Part shown: positions 50,351 through 60,577 of the stretch, piece after piece
How the letters are laid out: every line of letters begins with the position of its first letter
Position numbering within the stretch: position 1 is the stretch's first letter
Origin: Candidatus Eiseniibacteriota bacterium
GTDB lineage: Bacteria; Eisenbacteria; RBG-16-71-46; CAZEPH01
Direction: 5' to 3'
DNA: 64,000 nucleotides
Assembly (NCBI GenBank): GCA_044229145.1
Contig: JBGATO010000001.1
Span: 97,210-161,209, forward strand
Position numbers and translations under genes: made by a program
The notes under the pieces: model-generated
Databases searched by the model: none
What the model saw: the letters and a program-made list of their open reading frames with translations, nothing else
Told to the model about the DNA's origin: nothing

Positions 50351-51000
50351 CCCTCCTCCTGGCGCGGTTGGCGGCGGATCGCCGCGGGAGCTACGAGACC
50401 GCCGGACAACACCATCTTGATGCCCTCCTCCACCGACAAGTCGACCGCGATGACCTCGCCGGCCGGCACGATCACGAACTGCCCCGTCGCCGGGTTGGGC
50501 GGATTCGGGACGAACACGGTCACCGCATCACGCGCGCCGTCGGCGTCGGTGACCTCCAAGCGGCTGGTGACGAAGCCGAGGCCGAAGATTCCGGTGCGCG
50601 GGTACTCGATCAGACAGACTTCGCGAAAGGCTGTGGTGCCGTCGCCGCCGAGACTGAATGCGGCCAGCAGTTCCTTCGTCGCCGTGTACACCGTGCTCGC
50701 GCCGGGTACCCGGCGCAGGAACGATTCGAGCATGTTGAACGCCATGCGGCCGAGGACGTTGCGACCCACGAGACCCGCCAGGTACAGCAGCACGAGCAAG
50801 GTGAGGAGCCCAAGTCCCGGCACCGGCCGTCCGACGGCGCGCGTGAGCAGCGGCTGCAGCCAGCGGTCGAGGGGCAACACGACCACCGAGAAGACCCACA
50901 CGGTGACCACCAGCGGCAGCACGAGCGCCAGGCCGGTCAGCAGCGTGGACCGAATGTGTCCCCACACGGAACGCGGCGGGGCCTCGAGAGACGGCGGCAC
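50347..51000 (-). CDS. DUF502 family membrane protein
   Basis: LTGLALVLPLVVT, LIEYPRTG, VFVPNPPNPATG, EEGIKMVLSGG; GGAGG before GTG 51000. Confidence 0.9.
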   Translation of the reverse strand: MPPSLEAPPRSVWGHIRSTLLTGLALVLPLVVTVWVFSVVVLPLDRWLQPLLTRAVGRPVPGLGLLTLLVLLYLAGLVGRNVLGRMAFNMLESFLRRVPGASTVYTATKELLAAFSLGGDGTTAFREVCLIEYPRTGIFGLGFVTSRLEVTDADGARDAVTVFVPNPPNPATGQFVIVPAGEVIAVDLSVEEGIKMVLSGGLVAPAAIRRQPRQEEG

Positions 51001-51078
51001 GGAGTCCTCCGATTCGCGCGCGACCTCGTGTCGCGCGGCGCGCACCAGCCTACGGGCTCGGTCGCGTCGTGGGAAGGG

Positions 51079-52086
51079 TCAGCCGACGGACGGCGCAGAC
51101 CGGCGGACGGTCGCACCCCAAATCGCAGCGCGCTGCGCAGGCGGCGCGAGCAGCAGGAACACCAACCCGGCGAGCACCGGCGGAATCAGCGTGACCACGT
51201 GCAGCGTGGCCGAACACGCGAGTCCGAGCGGCTTGGGCACGCCGTACAGGGCCATCGCCGCGGCGAACGCGACTTGGAATGCGCCGGCGCCGCCCGGCGT
51301 CACGCGAGCCAGCAGCGCCAAGTTCACCGCGCACACCGCGACGAAGGCGCCCAACAGTCCGACCGGCGCCCCGAACGCCCGCAGTCCGCACCAATACGAC
51401 ACCGCCTGAAACGCCCACTCGCCCACCGAGAGCAGCACCACGCCCACCAGCACGCGCCAGGCCCCAACCCGCCGCACCCGCTCGGCCAGCGCCGCGGCGA
51501 AACGCACGTGTGCTCGCGCGTGAGGCGGCGCCGGCCCGCGCTGGCGCCACGCGAACGCCGCCAGCGCCGCGAGCAGGCCGATCACGAAGACGCCGAATCC
51601 GATCGCGCCCTCGCCCACCCACGGCACCGTGCGCAGCGCCGGCAGTACCGCAAGCATGAGCGCCGCGAACGCAATCGCCTCGACCACGCGCTCGAGGACG
51701 ATGGTCGACAACACGGCGCTGCGCGGCTGCCCGGCCGCCTCCGCGACCAGGTACACGCGTGCGACGTCACCGGCGCTCGCCGGCAGCAGGGCGTTGAGCG
51801 AAAACCCGATGAGCAGGAAGCGCAGCACGTCGCCGTGGCCGAAGTGGCGCAGCGTCTGCAGGATGCGCTGCCATCGCCACGACTTCACCCAAATGCTGGC
51901 CAGATTCGCGAGCGATGCGCCGACCAGGAACGGCACCGAGGCATGCCGCACCGCAGTCCACACGTCGGCCCGGCTGACGTGGCGAAAGAAGTACACGGTG
52001 CCGGCGAGAAGCGCGGTGCCGGCGAGGGCGCGCCAGACGACGGTGCGCCATGAGAGCGTGCCGGTGGCCGCGCCGTCCTCGCTCAT
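51079..52086 (-). CDS. Lysylphosphatidylglycerol synthase TM domain / flippase-like protein
   Basis: WRWQRIL, NALLPASAGDVAR, LERVVE, TPGGAG. Confidence 0.85.
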   Translation of the reverse strand: MSEDGAATGTLSWRTVVWRALAGTALLAGTVYFFRHVSRADVWTAVRHASVPFLVGASLANLASIWVKSWRWQRILQTLRHFGHGDVLRFLLIGFSLNALLPASAGDVARVYLVAEAAGQPRSAVLSTIVLERVVEAIAFAALMLAVLPALRTVPWVGEGAIGFGVFVIGLLAALAAFAWRQRGPAPPHARAHVRFAAALAERVRRVGAWRVLVGVVLLSVGEWAFQAVSYWCGLRAFGAPVGLLGAFVAVCAVNLALLARVTPGGAGAFQVAFAAAMALYGVPKPLGLACSATLHVVTLIPPVLAGLVFLLLAPPAQRAAIWGATVRRSAPSVG

Positions 52087-52730
52087 CGGATCGACGGCGC
52101 CTCCGCGACCGCCCGGCGCAACGCCCGCGCGGCCGCCGCCGGATCGTCCGTGCACAGGACCGCGCCGGCGACCGCGACGCCGTGCACACCCGTCGCGAGC
52201 AACGGGGCGACGCGCTCCAGCGTGATGCCGCCGATGGCCACCACCGGCAGTCCGGTGACCGCGCGCACCGCGGCGACGCCCGCGGGACCGATCGGCGCGC
52301 CGGCGTCCGATTTGGTCGCCGTCGCGTACGCGGCACCGACGCCGAGATACGACGCACCCGCCGCCTCGGCCTCGCGCGCCTCGGACGGCGTGCCCGCCGA
52401 GTACCCGAGCAGAAATCCGGGCGGCACCATGTCACGTGCGAGCGCTAGCGGGAGATCGTCGGGGCCGAGATGCACGCCGTCGGCATCGACGGCCAGCGCC
52501 AGGTCGACGCGATCGTTCAGCAGGAAGTGCACCTCGTGGCGCGCGGTCACCGCCCGCAATCGGATGCCTAGGTCGAAACTCTCGCGCGCGGTGCCTGTCT
52601 TGTCGCGCAACTGCACCGCGGTCACACCTGCGCCGTCGGCGATGGCCGCCTCGACGACGTCGAGCAGCCGCGTCCGCGGCACCAGGCCGGTATCGGCGAT
52701 GAGATAGAGCGCGCACCACGCCGCGCTCAT
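52083..52730 (-). CDS. thiE: Thiamine phosphate synthase
   Basis: LYLIAD, VQLRDK, LNDRVDLALAVDADGVHLGPDD, TATK, VAIGGI. Confidence 0.92.
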   Translation of the reverse strand: MSAAWCALYLIADTGLVPRTRLLDVVEAAIADGAGVTAVQLRDKTGTARESFDLGIRLRAVTARHEVHFLLNDRVDLALAVDADGVHLGPDDLPLALARDMVPPGFLLGYSAGTPSEAREAEAAGASYLGVGAAYATATKSDAGAPIGPAGVAAVRAVTGLPVVAIGGITLERVAPLLATGVHGVAVAGAVLCTDDPAAAARALRRAVAEAPSIR

Positions 52731-53383
52731 CGGCGCGCCCCGCCCGCGACGGGTTCGACCGCGGCGCGCAATGCTGCCGTCGCCGCGCGCACGTCGGCCA
52801 CCTCGAAAATCGCACGGATCGCGGCGATCCCGGCCGCCCCGGCGCGTCGCACCTCCGCGGCGTTCGTCGCGTCGATGCCGCCGATGCCGATCACCGCACA
52901 CTCCACCGACGCGCAGGTCTCGCGCAGCACGTCGAGGCCGAGCGGCGGACCATATTGCGCCTTCGACGGCGTGGCGAACACGGGGCCGAGGAACACGTAG
53001 TCGGCTCCGGCCGCGGCCGCGGCGCGCGCATCGGCCAGCGCGTGACACGACACGCCGATCACCTGCCCGGCACGCAGCACGGCCCGCGCCGCGCGCACGT
53101 CCGGCGCGGCCGACGTGAGGTGCACACCGTCGGCCCCCACCGCCGCCGCGATGTCCGCGCGCTGGTGCACCAGCAACGCGGTGCCGTGAACGCGTGCCAG
53201 CGGCACGATGTCCTCGGCGAGCCGCGCCACACGCGCGGCGTCCCAGCCGCGCACGCGCAACACCAACGCATCGGCGCCGCCCGCGCAGGCGGCGCCGAGC
53301 ACGTCACGCGGCGCCCGCGTGCCCCACGACTCCGGTTCGGTGACGGCGACCAGCCGCCAACCGTCCGGCGCGGCGGCGCGCAG
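52727..53383 (-). CDS. ThiE paralog (TenI-like); start uncertain (CTG directly after thiG stop, or GTG 53302)
   Basis: RLVAVT, ADGVHL, GVSCH, FLGPVFATPSK, GIGGI; lacks the QLRxK and ND motifs of ThiE. Confidence 0.8.
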   Translation of the reverse strand: MRAAAPDGWRLVAVTEPESWGTRAPRDVLGAACAGGADALVLRVRGWDAARVARLAEDIVPLARVHGTALLVHQRADIAAAVGADGVHLTSAAPDVRAARAVLRAGQVIGVSCHALADARAAAAAGADYVFLGPVFATPSKAQYGPPLGLDVLRETCASVECAVIGIGGIDATNAAEVRRAGAAGIAAIRAIFEVADVRAATAALRAAVEPVAGGARR

Positions 53384-54169
53384 CTACGACACCAACGCCA
53401 CCATGCCCTCGCTCGGTGTCGAGGCGGTGGCGTACGGCTTCCGGGCGATGCGGCCGGCCATATACGCGGCGCGGCCGGCGTGCGCCGCGTGCTTCATCGC
53501 CGTCGCCATGAGGACAGGATCCTGCGCGCCGGCGATGGCCGTGTTGAGCAACACCGCGTCGCATCCGAGTTCGAACGCGATCGCGACGTCGCTCGCGGTG
53601 CCGACGCCGGCATCCACGACAACCGGCACGCTCACCGCTTCCATCAACAGCGCGAGGTTGTGCGGGTTGCGGAGGCCGAGCCCCGAGCCGATCGGCGCGC
53701 CGAGCGGCATGATCGCCGCCGCACCGGCGTCCTCGAGCTTCTTCGCCACCACGACGTCGTCGGTGGTGTACGGCAGCACGGTGAAGCCGTCCTTGACCAA
53801 CTGCTTTGTCGCCTCGAGCAACTCGATGACGTCGGGGAACAGCGTCTTCTGATCGCCGATGACCTCGAGCTTCACCCACGTCGACAAACCGACCTCGCGC
53901 GCCAAGTACGCGGTCTGGATCGCCTCCTTCGCGGTGTAGCAGCCGGCGGTGTTGGGCAGAAGCGCGTAGCGGTCGCGGTCGATGTAGCGCAGCAACGAGT
54001 CGGCGCCCGGCGTGAGATCGACACGGCGCACCGCGACGGTGACCATGTCGGTGCCCGAGGCCTCGAGGGCCTTCGCGAAGGTCGGGTTGTCCGGGTACTT
54101 GCCCGATCCGAGGATCAAGCGCGAGGAGAATTCCCGCCCGGCGATGACGAGCGGTTCGCGGCGCGACAT
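53384..54169 (-). CDS. thiG: Thiazole synthase
   Basis: [38 protein letters not shown]. Confidence 0.97.
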   Translation of the reverse strand: MSRREPLVIAGREFSSRLILGSGKYPDNPTFAKALEASGTDMVTVAVRRVDLTPGADSLLRYIDRDRYALLPNTAGCYTAKEAIQTAYLAREVGLSTWVKLEVIGDQKTLFPDVIELLEATKQLVKDGFTVLPYTTDDVVVAKKLEDAGAAAIMPLGAPIGSGLGLRNPHNLALLMEAVSVPVVVDAGVGTASDVAIAFELGCDAVLLNTAIAGAQDPVLMATAMKHAAHAGRAAYMAGRIARKPYATASTPSEGMVALVS

Positions 54170-54206
54170 GGTGGCTCCTTCCTGCCCTGCGTGAGCGTGC
54201 GAGCGG

Positions 54207-54407
54207 CTAGCCGCCCGCCGAGAACGTGATCACTTCGATGCGATCGCCGTCGGTCACCATCACCTCGGCGTGGGCGGAACGCGGCACGATGTCGTCGTTG
54301 CGCTGCACGGCCACGAGATCGAGGGGCACGGCGAGCTGCTCGAGCAACTGGCGAATGGACAACGGCGCGTCGAGCGCGTGCGGGCGTCCATTGAGGCTGA
54401 TCTGCAT
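54207..54407 (-). CDS. thiS: Sulfur carrier protein ThiS
   Basis: MQISLNG...VAVQRN...[13 protein letters not shown] (C-terminal GG). Confidence 0.95.
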   Translation of the reverse strand: MQISLNGRPHALDAPLSIRQLLEQLAVPLDLVAVQRNDDIVPRSAHAEVMVTDGDRIEVITFSAGG

Positions 54408-54430
54408 GGGTCGGGTCATCTCCGGGGCGA

Positions 54431-54459
54431 AGTATGGCGAGGCGCGCGAGGCGGGTCAA
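54431..54459 (-). promoter_or_regulatory. Putative sigma70 promoter of the thi operon
   Basis: TTGACC-17 nt-CATACT. Confidence 0.55.
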
Positions 54460-56122
54460 CGCCGCGCCGGGTCCTCCCGAGGGACCAGCACCGCGGCGCC
54501 GGCCGGGCCCGAACCGTAGCGGCCGAGCGCCACCCAGCCGCTATCCGGCACCGCGTCGCGCTGCGCGCCGGTGAGGCAGAGCAGCGCGTCGATGCGCGTG
54601 GTGTCGCCGGGGGCCGCAGGCCACGCGACGACGCGCAAGTCGTCGCGCCCGAGCACCGCGAACATTTCCTGGAGATCGCGCGGTTCCATCGACGGCAGAT
54701 CGGCGGCGCGGGTCGCCGCGCTCGCGGCCTCGCGCGCCGCCGGATCCGCGAGCGCGGCGAGATCGACGCGCGGTTCGCCGAGGCGCGCGCCGCGCGGCAG
54801 CGTCGTCGCGGCGTCATCGAGCACTCGTCGCACGGTGCGCGACGATTCGCGGGCGTGGCGCAGCGCGGCGGCCGCCCCCTGCGCGGGCGGCAACAGCAGC
54901 GCGGCGGTCGGCAGCACCGCGCACACCGGCATCGCGGCGACGCACAGCGCCGCAATCGCCTCCTCGCGCCACGACGGCCGCGGCAGCGCGAGGCCCCACG
55001 CCGCCGCCAGCTGCGCGCCCACGGCACCACGACGGCCGCCATCGCCACGACGAATCCAAACAGCGCTTCCTGCAAATACCGCGCGTAGCCGGCGTGGAAT
55101 CCGAGGTACGGCGCGATGCCCGCCGCCGTCCAGGCCAGGCCCAGCAGCAGCGGCCGCGAGCGCAGGCGCCCTGCGGCGCACAGCAGGCCGGCGACGACCA
55201 CCGGCAGCGCCAGCGCCGGCACGCGGGCGAGCAGCGGGCCGGCAAGTGGCAGCAGGCCGGCGACCCGCGCACGCGGCGCGACGACCACACCCCACGCGGC
55301 GAGTCCCGCGGCCGCCGCCCCCCATCCACCCGGCGCGGTGAACAGCGCCCGCCCGTAGAAGCCGACACGACCGAGCGCCGCGCCGACGCCTCCCCCGCCG
55401 CCGACGAAATGCGACGCCGCGAGAATCCCGGCGATGGTCGCGCCCCCAAGCGCCGCCGCGACAGCGGCCCGCGTCAGGCGCCGCTGCCACCGCAGGGGTG
55501 CCGGATCGGTGAGGATCCACACGATCGCCACAGTCGGCAGGATGACCGCCGCGGTTTGGCGCGCCAAGGCCGAGGCGACGCCGCAGGCGATGCCGAGCGC
55601 CAGATGCGCGCGCCCATCGCCCTGTCCGGCGCGCAGCAGGTGATATGCGCTGGCCAGCAACAGCGCCAGTCCGACGTGCAGCAATCCCATGCGGTAGATG
55701 CCATAGGCAACGAGCGGCGCATATGCGAGCAGCGCCCCGACCGCGACCCACGCGCCAGCGCGGCCGACCAGCCGGCGCGCCGCGAGTGCGAGATACACCA
55801 AGCTGGTGCCGAAGAACGCCCCCGAGGCAATCTGATATGGCAGCGGGTTCGCCCCCCAGAGGCGATAGAGCAGCCAATACACGCACGCCACGGTGGGCCG
55901 GAAATAGTCGCCGAGACCGGAATACGCGTGGCGGTCGACGCGCGGGTCGAGGAGACGCCAGGGCCATGCGCCAACATCGCGGGCGAAGTGCAGCCAGCCG
56001 GCATCGTCGTAGCGGAAGTACTGCGGCACGCCGATCAGGATGAGCCCGGCCACACCGGCTGCCAGCGGCAGCACTTCCCACAGGCGGCCGTCGCCCCTGC
56101 TCGCCGATCGATGTCGCGCCAT
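54456..56122 (-). CDS. Multi-pass membrane protein, GT-C-like glycosyltransferase; apparent frameshift near 55020
   Basis: YFRYDD, YFRP, LWGANPLPY, ARYL in one frame; hydrophobic then soluble continuation in another frame. Confidence 0.6.
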
Positions 56123-56345
56123 CGCGTCCCCTGCCTCGCGTCGTGCCGCTCGGTGCGGCGCGGCAGTGTAGCACGCGACCCGCCCCTTGACCCGTGCCGC
56201 GGCGCGGTGTACTTGTCGCCGCTCACACCGGTCGCGCTCCGCTCCGCGGGGCGCCATCCGTTACACTCCTGCGCCGCGAGCGAGGGGCGACGCCCCAGAC
56301 GCCCTTCGCTCCGCCGCCGGCGCCGCCGGAGGACCACCGCCGACG

Positions 56346-58856
56346 ATGTCACCGTCGCGCCGCACCGTCTTGCTCGCCGCCTGCCTCGCCTTCGCCCTGT
56401 ACGCGGCGACGGCCGCCCCCACCATCACCGAATACGACGCCGGAGACCTCATCACCGCGTCGTGGACGGGCGGGGTCGCGCACCCGCCGGGATATCCGCT
56501 GTATTCCACGCTCGGGTGGGTGGTCGCGCACCTCGTGCCGTTCGGGAGCGTCGCGTGGCGCTACGGCATCTTCTCGGCGCTCGCCGCCGCCGGAGCGATC
56601 GGCATCGCGGTCGGGCTCGCCGTATCGCTCGGCGCGGAGGCGTGGGTGGCCGCGTGCGCTCTCGGTGTCTTCGCCGCCTCGAGCGTCTGGTGGTCGCAGG
56701 CGACGGTGGCCGAGGTGTACGCGCTGAACGGCTTGCTGGTCGTGACTGTCGTCGCCGGCATGGCGTGGTGGGCGGAACGACGGGACGCGCGCGGCGTCTT
56801 CGTCGCCGCGTGGGCGTTCGGCCTGGGGCTCGCGCATCATCTGTCGCTCGGTTTGGTGGCGCCCGGCATCGCGCTGTGCTTGCTGCTCGGCGCGCGGCGT
56901 GGCGCGCCGTGGTCGTGGCGCTGGCTGCCGGGGCTGGCAGCGCTCGTCGCGCTCGGCGTCGCGTGGCACCTGACGACGCTGCTGCGCGCGCGGCTCGAGC
57001 CGGCGTATGCGTTCTCGCACCCGGCGACGTGGGAGCGCTTCGTGGCCCACGCGCGCGGGGCGATCTACACCGCGCGGTTGGTGGCGCCGGGCAGCGGTGA
57101 GTTTTGGCGACGGCTGGTGGCCGGCGCGCCGGCGATCGCCGCACCGCTGACGTGGGGCGGCGCCGTACTCGGACTCGCGGGACTGGTCGCGATGGCGCGC
57201 CGCGCGCCAGCGACGGGCGCGCTGTGCTTCACCTCGCTCGCGGCCTGGTGGCTCTACACCGCGATGTACCGCATTCCCGACGTCGACGTGTATTACCTGC
57301 CGGCCCAGCTGCTGCTGGCGATCGGGCTCGCGATGGCGCTGTCGCGGGGCGTCGCGTGGCTACGCACCCGCGCCGCCGGTGCCGCGCAGGTCGCGCGGCT
57401 GGCACTCGTGGCGCTGCCGCTTGCCTTCGTGGCGTTCGGCTGGCGAACGCACGATCTGCACGACGTGACCGCGACGCGCGACGTTCTCCAAGCGGCCGGT
57501 GACATCGCCACGGAAGGTGGCACGCGCGCCGCGACGCTGTTCCTCGACGGCGACACGGAATTGTTCGGCCTCTCCTACTTGCACCTCGTCGAAGGGCGAT
57601 GGCCGCAGCTCACCCTCGTCGATCGCAATGGCACGATCGGGCCGAACGTGTACGGTCTGTGGGATACGCGGCAGATGGTGACCGGCTACGACACCGAGGC
57701 GCGGCAGCGCGCCGAGCTGCGCTACCTCGCCTCCACGCGCGATCGTGTCTACTACATGCCCGCGCCCGCCACCGTGCCGCCCGGCTACACCATGATCCAG
57801 CGCGCGCTGGTGTTCGAGGCGCGCCCCGACAGCGCGACGCGCGATCCCCAGCAGGGCGACCCGTGGCGCTACGTGACGCTCGACCCGGCGCGCGGACCGC
57901 GCGGCGCGGCGCCGCACGATACGCGGAGTGTCTACGCGCGCGTCGCCATGTCGCGTGCGACGTGGGAGCTCGCACAGGGCCGTGTCGCGGCCGCGCGGCC
58001 GTTGTTGCGGCAGATCGAGGCGTGGGTCGGCGATGAACCCGAAGCCCTCGCGACGCTCGCGCGCCTCTCGCTGGCCGCCGGCGACACCGCGCTGGCCCGC
58101 GCGCAGTCGCAACGCTCCATCGCCAGCTCCGCGTTCGCGGCGCCATCGGAAGCGCGTCATGGCGACATGCTGCTGCTCGCCGGAGATACGCTGGGCGCGG
58201 TCGCCGCCTACGAGAAGGCGCGCGGGATCGCCGGCGGCCTCGACGCGGTGCAAGAGATCCGGCTGGCGAACATCTACGCGACGCGCGGCGAGTGGGCGCA
58301 CGCGATCGCCGGCTTCACCCGCGCGCTGCAATCCGACGCGGCGAATGCGGACGGCTGGCTGGCACTCGGCAGCGCGCAGTTGCGCTCCGGCGACGCGGCC
58401 GCCGCACGGCAATCGTTCACGCGCGCCGCGGACCTGCAACCGCGCGCCGCCTCCCCGCACATCAATCTGGGCCTCGCGGCCCATGCGACCGGCGATGATG
58501 CGGCGGCGACGCGTGAATTCCAGCGCGCCGTCGACCTCGAGCCACGCAATCCCGCGACGTGGGCCGCTCTCGGCGCGTTCGCCTTCGACATGCAAGACGC
58601 CGCGCAGGCAGAGCGCGCATGGCGCGAAGTGGTGCGACTGGCACCGTCGTATCCGCATGCCCATTTGGCGCTCGGGCTGCTGGCGCAATCGCGCGGCGAC
58701 TATGCAGCCGCCGAGGCCGGCTTCCGCGAAGAACTGCGCCTGTTCCCCGCCGACGGGCGGACATGGAATCTCCTCGCCTCGCTCTACGCCGCGCAAGGCC
58801 GCCCCGACGCGGCGCGCGAGGCCGCCGCACGCGCCGCTGCGCTCGGCGCTCGCTGA
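56346..58856 (+). CDS. DUF2723 (TMEM260-like) membrane protein with C-terminal TPR repeats
   Basis: DAGDL, AHPPGYPLY, WSQATVAEVY, GLAHH, DVYYLP, GDTELFGL; multiple TPR-like repeats. Confidence 0.88.
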   Translation: MSPSRRTVLLAACLAFALYAATAAPTITEYDAGDLITASWTGGVAHPPGYPLYSTLGWVVAHLVPFGSVAWRYGIFSALAAAGAIGIAVGLAVSLGAEAWVAACALGVFAASSVWWSQATVAEVYALNGLLVVTVVAGMAWWAERRDARGVFVAAWAFGLGLAHHLSLGLVAPGIALCLLLGARRGAPWSWRWLPGLAALVALGVAWHLTTLLRARLEPAYAFSHPATWERFVAHARGAIYTARLVAPGSGEFWRRLVAGAPAIAAPLTWGGAVLGLAGLVAMARRAPATGALCFTSLAAWWLYTAMYRIPDVDVYYLPAQLLLAIGLAMALSRGVAWLRTRAAGAAQVARLALVALPLAFVAFGWRTHDLHDVTATRDVLQAAGDIATEGGTRAATLFLDGDTELFGLSYLHLVEGRWPQLTLVDRNGTIGPNVYGLWDTRQMVTGYDTEARQRAELRYLASTRDRVYYMPAPATVPPGYTMIQRALVFEARPDSATRDPQQGDPWRYVTLDPARGPRGAAPHDTRSVYARVAMSRATWELAQGRVAAARPLLRQIEAWVGDEPEALATLARLSLAAGDTALARAQSQRSIASSAFAAPSEARHGDMLLLAGDTLGAVAAYEKARGIAGGLDAVQEIRLANIYATRGEWAHAIAGFTRALQSDAANADGWLALGSAQLRSGDAAAARQSFTRAADLQPRAASPHINLGLAAHATGDDAAATREFQRAVDLEPRNPATWAALGAFAFDMQDAAQAERAWREVVRLAPSYPHAHLALGLLAQSRGDYAAAEAGFREELRLFPADGRTWNLLASLYAAQGRPDAAREAAARAAALGAR

Positions 58857-58879
58857 CGCTCACCGACGAAAGGTTCGCC

Positions 58880-60418
58880 ATGGACGCACTCCTCGCGATC
58901 GATCAAGGCACCACCGGCACGCGCGCGGTGGTCTACACGCTCGACGGCCGCATCGCGGCGAGCGCGTACCGCGAGGTGCCGCAGCACTTCCCGCGCCCCG
59001 GCTGGGTCGAGCACGATGCCCTCGAAATCTGGGCGACGGTCACCGACACGATCGCGGAGGCGACGCGTCGCGCGCGAAGGGGGCGGGTGCGGGCAATCGG
59101 CATCACCAACCAGCGCGAAACCGTCGTCGTGTGGGATCGTCGGACCGGACAGCCGTTGCATCGCGCGATCGTGTGGCAGGACCGCCGCACCGCGGCGATG
59201 TGTGCGGGTTTGCGCGAGGCCGGCGAGGAGCCGCGCGCGCGGCGTCTCACCGGCCTCGTCCTCGACCCGTACTTCAGCGGCAGCAAGGTGCGCTGGCTGT
59301 TCGCGCACGATGCCGCGCTCCGCCGCGCGGCGCGACGCGGCGACGTGGCGATCGGCACCATCGACACGTGGCTGTTGTGGCAGCTCACCGGCGGCGCCAC
59401 GCACGCCACCGACATGACCAACGCGTCGCGCACGCTGCTGTTCGACATTGGGCGTCGGACGTGGAGCGCGCCGCTGCTCGACATGTTCGACGTGCCGGCG
59501 GGTGCGCTGCCGGCCGTCTTGCCGTCGGCGGCGCACTTCGGAGAGACGGCGCGCGGCGCAACCGCGCTGCCCGCCGGCGTGGCGATCACCGGCATCGCCG
59601 GCGATCAACAGGCCGCGCTCTTCGGGCAGGGCTGCGTCACGCCGGGCACGGCGAAGAATACCTACGGCACCGGCTGCTTCCTGCTGGTCAATGCCGGCGC
59701 CACGCGGCCGCGCGCGCCGCGCGGTTTGCTCACCACACTTGCCTGCGACGCGGCGGGACGGCCGGTGTACGCGCTCGAAGGCGCGGTGTTCATCGCCGGA
59801 GCGGCGATCCAGTGGTTGCGCGACGGGCTCGGGCTCATCGCGCAGGCCGCGGAGACCGAGGCGCTGGCCCGCTCGGTGCCCGACACCGGCGGCGTCTCGC
59901 TGGTCCCCGCGTTCGCCGGGCTGAGCGCGCCGCATTGGGATCCCGATGCGCGCGGCGTGCTCACCGGCCTCACCCGCGGCACCACCCGCGCGCACGTGGT
60001 GCGCGCGGCGCTCGAAGCCATCGCCCACCAAACCGCGGACATGGTCGACCTCGCGACCTCGGCGCCCGGCGTCACGCTGCGCCGCGTGCAAGTGGACGGC
60101 GGCGCCTCGGCGAACGCGTTCCTGCTTCAATTCCAGGCCGACGTGCTCGGGCTTCCGGTGGTCCGGCCGCGCTCGGTGGAGAGCACGGCACTCGGCGCCG
60201 CATTGCTGGCGGGCGTCGGTGCCGGCCTCGGCGCAGCGGACTTGCGGCCACTGCGCGGGCTCCAGGCGGCCGAGGCGACGTTCCGGCCAGCGCTGGCCCC
60301 GGCCCGCCGTCGCGACCTGCGCGCGCACTGGCAGAAAGCTGTCGCACAGACGCTCGCGCACGGCGGCGCCTTCGCCGAGCCGCGCGCCGCCGGCCGCCGG
60401 GCGAAAAAGGGCGCTTGA
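58880..60418 (+). CDS. glpK: Glycerol kinase
   Basis: AIDQGTTG, GITNQRET, WQDRRT, GDQQAALFGQ, KNTYGTGCF, VDGGAS. Confidence 0.96.
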   Translation: MDALLAIDQGTTGTRAVVYTLDGRIAASAYREVPQHFPRPGWVEHDALEIWATVTDTIAEATRRARRGRVRAIGITNQRETVVVWDRRTGQPLHRAIVWQDRRTAAMCAGLREAGEEPRARRLTGLVLDPYFSGSKVRWLFAHDAALRRAARRGDVAIGTIDTWLLWQLTGGATHATDMTNASRTLLFDIGRRTWSAPLLDMFDVPAGALPAVLPSAAHFGETARGATALPAGVAITGIAGDQQAALFGQGCVTPGTAKNTYGTGCFLLVNAGATRPRAPRGLLTTLACDAAGRPVYALEGAVFIAGAAIQWLRDGLGLIAQAAETEALARSVPDTGGVSLVPAFAGLSAPHWDPDARGVLTGLTRGTTRAHVVRAALEAIAHQTADMVDLATSAPGVTLRRVQVDGGASANAFLLQFQADVLGLPVVRPRSVESTALGAALLAGVGAGLGAADLRPLRGLQAAEATFRPALAPARRRDLRAHWQKAVAQTLAHGGAFAEPRAAGRRAKKGA

Positions 60419-60577
60419 CCGGGCGGCGCCCCGTATGGGACAAAAGGAGTAGTTCCACTGCCGCTCCTCTTCGTCCGCGCCCCTACGCGGATGCCTCTTG
60501 CACCGGCACCCTTGCCACGCTCCCGGATCTGTCCCGCGGTTCATTACTGACTCGTGCAGACTCCGGAGGTTCGTCCC

